Source: Megasphaera elsdenii DSM 20460 (GTDB taxonomy: Bacteria > Bacillota > Negativicutes > Veillonellales > Megasphaeraceae). Taken from it: a stretch of DNA of 32,000 bases. Positions 31,781 through 32,000 of this stretch are shown piece by piece. The stretch lies in assembly GCF_003010495.1 (NCBI RefSeq), contig NZ_CP027570.1, positions 180,001-212,000 on the forward strand, given 5' to 3'. The position numbers were made by a program, and so were the translations under genes. Below the pieces are notes generated by a model. It was not told where the DNA came from. It was given only the letters and a program-made list of their open reading frames with translations, and made no database searches. Numbering within the stretch: position 1 is the first letter of the stretch; every line of letters begins with the position of its first letter.

Positions 31781-32000
31781 TCAGTTTTGCCATATACTTT
31801 TTAGCTTGACAGCCCTCATGCGATCATCATACGAATACATTAAGAGGGCTTCATAGCAGACGCTGTCCGGGTCCCAGATACCTTCCTTGCGGGCGCCGAA
31901 AGCGCCGGCATCGCAGGCGAACCAAATGGCCTGACCCTTCTTCAGCTGCTTGACGCAGAGCGCTTCCATGGCGTCCTGGCTGAGGTTCAGGGCCTTCATG
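31781..32000 (-). pseudogene. Second pepC paralog, 3'-truncated (its 5' part continues beyond the right edge)
   Basis: ..KALNLSQDAMEALCVKQLKKGQAIWFACDAGAFGARKEGIWDPDSVCYEALL matches PepC residues about 290-345 (roughly 85% nt identity with 21300..21450). Homology stops near 31842. After that come 19 unrelated codons and a stop. About 90 C-terminal residues are missing. Confidence 0.7.

Overview
This 32-kb window looks like chromosomal DNA from a Firmicutes-lineage anaerobe. Backbone genes run about 55-58% GC by spot counts and use AGGAGG/GAGGTG ribosome-binding sites. A Negativicutes or Megasphaera-like origin is only a guess. I can support about 36 protein-coding loci, mostly on the minus strand, of which 5-6 are decayed. 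I see no rRNA, tRNA or CRISPR array.

Positions 1-22.3 kb are mostly backbone:
- FMN alpha-hydroxy-acid dehydrogenase plus a flavodoxin/ferredoxin fusion, RNase HI, and a threonine-aldolase-like PLP enzyme.
- A low-GC HEPN/MNT toxin-antitoxin islet.
- MBL hydrolase, pyruvate kinase, glycerate kinase plus CdaR, a ZIP transporter and BrnQ.
- A small Tat-signal ORF and a D-Ala-D-Ala carboxypeptidase.
- An alpha/beta hydrolase plus a stand-alone EAL phosphodiesterase.
- A tight five-gene operon, ydjI/G/H-like: Def-like, TVP38/DedA, an SPFH protein with three Zn-ribbons, a Zn-ribbon membrane protein, and a TPM protein.
- A SnoaL-like lipoprotein, HxlR and PepC.

Positions 22.3-32 kb are a rearranged accessory zone:
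- PepT.
- Two diverged copies of a translationally coupled LMW-phosphatase + LRAT/NlpC-P60-like gene pair, each followed by a disabled SAM-methyltransferase.
- Between the copies, a low-GC block: a flavin reductase with an in-frame TAG, an internally deleted flavodoxin-like gene, a cupin, a TetR regulator, and a TnpA-less, frameshifted IS200/IS605-type TnpB element.
- HxlR plus an iron-sulfur-flavoprotein-like gene, and a 3'-truncated second pepC at the right edge.

Two intergenic repeat families occur. One is REPIN-like inverted doublets of GTAG-headed GC hairpins (3 copies, two of which supply the stop codon of the neighbouring gene). The other is a hairpin/GTTTGTAG-word mosaic.

My best candidate for an undescribed system is the duplicated phosphatase-LRAT(-methyltransferase) cassette. 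That is inference from sequence and family knowledge, not a database result.
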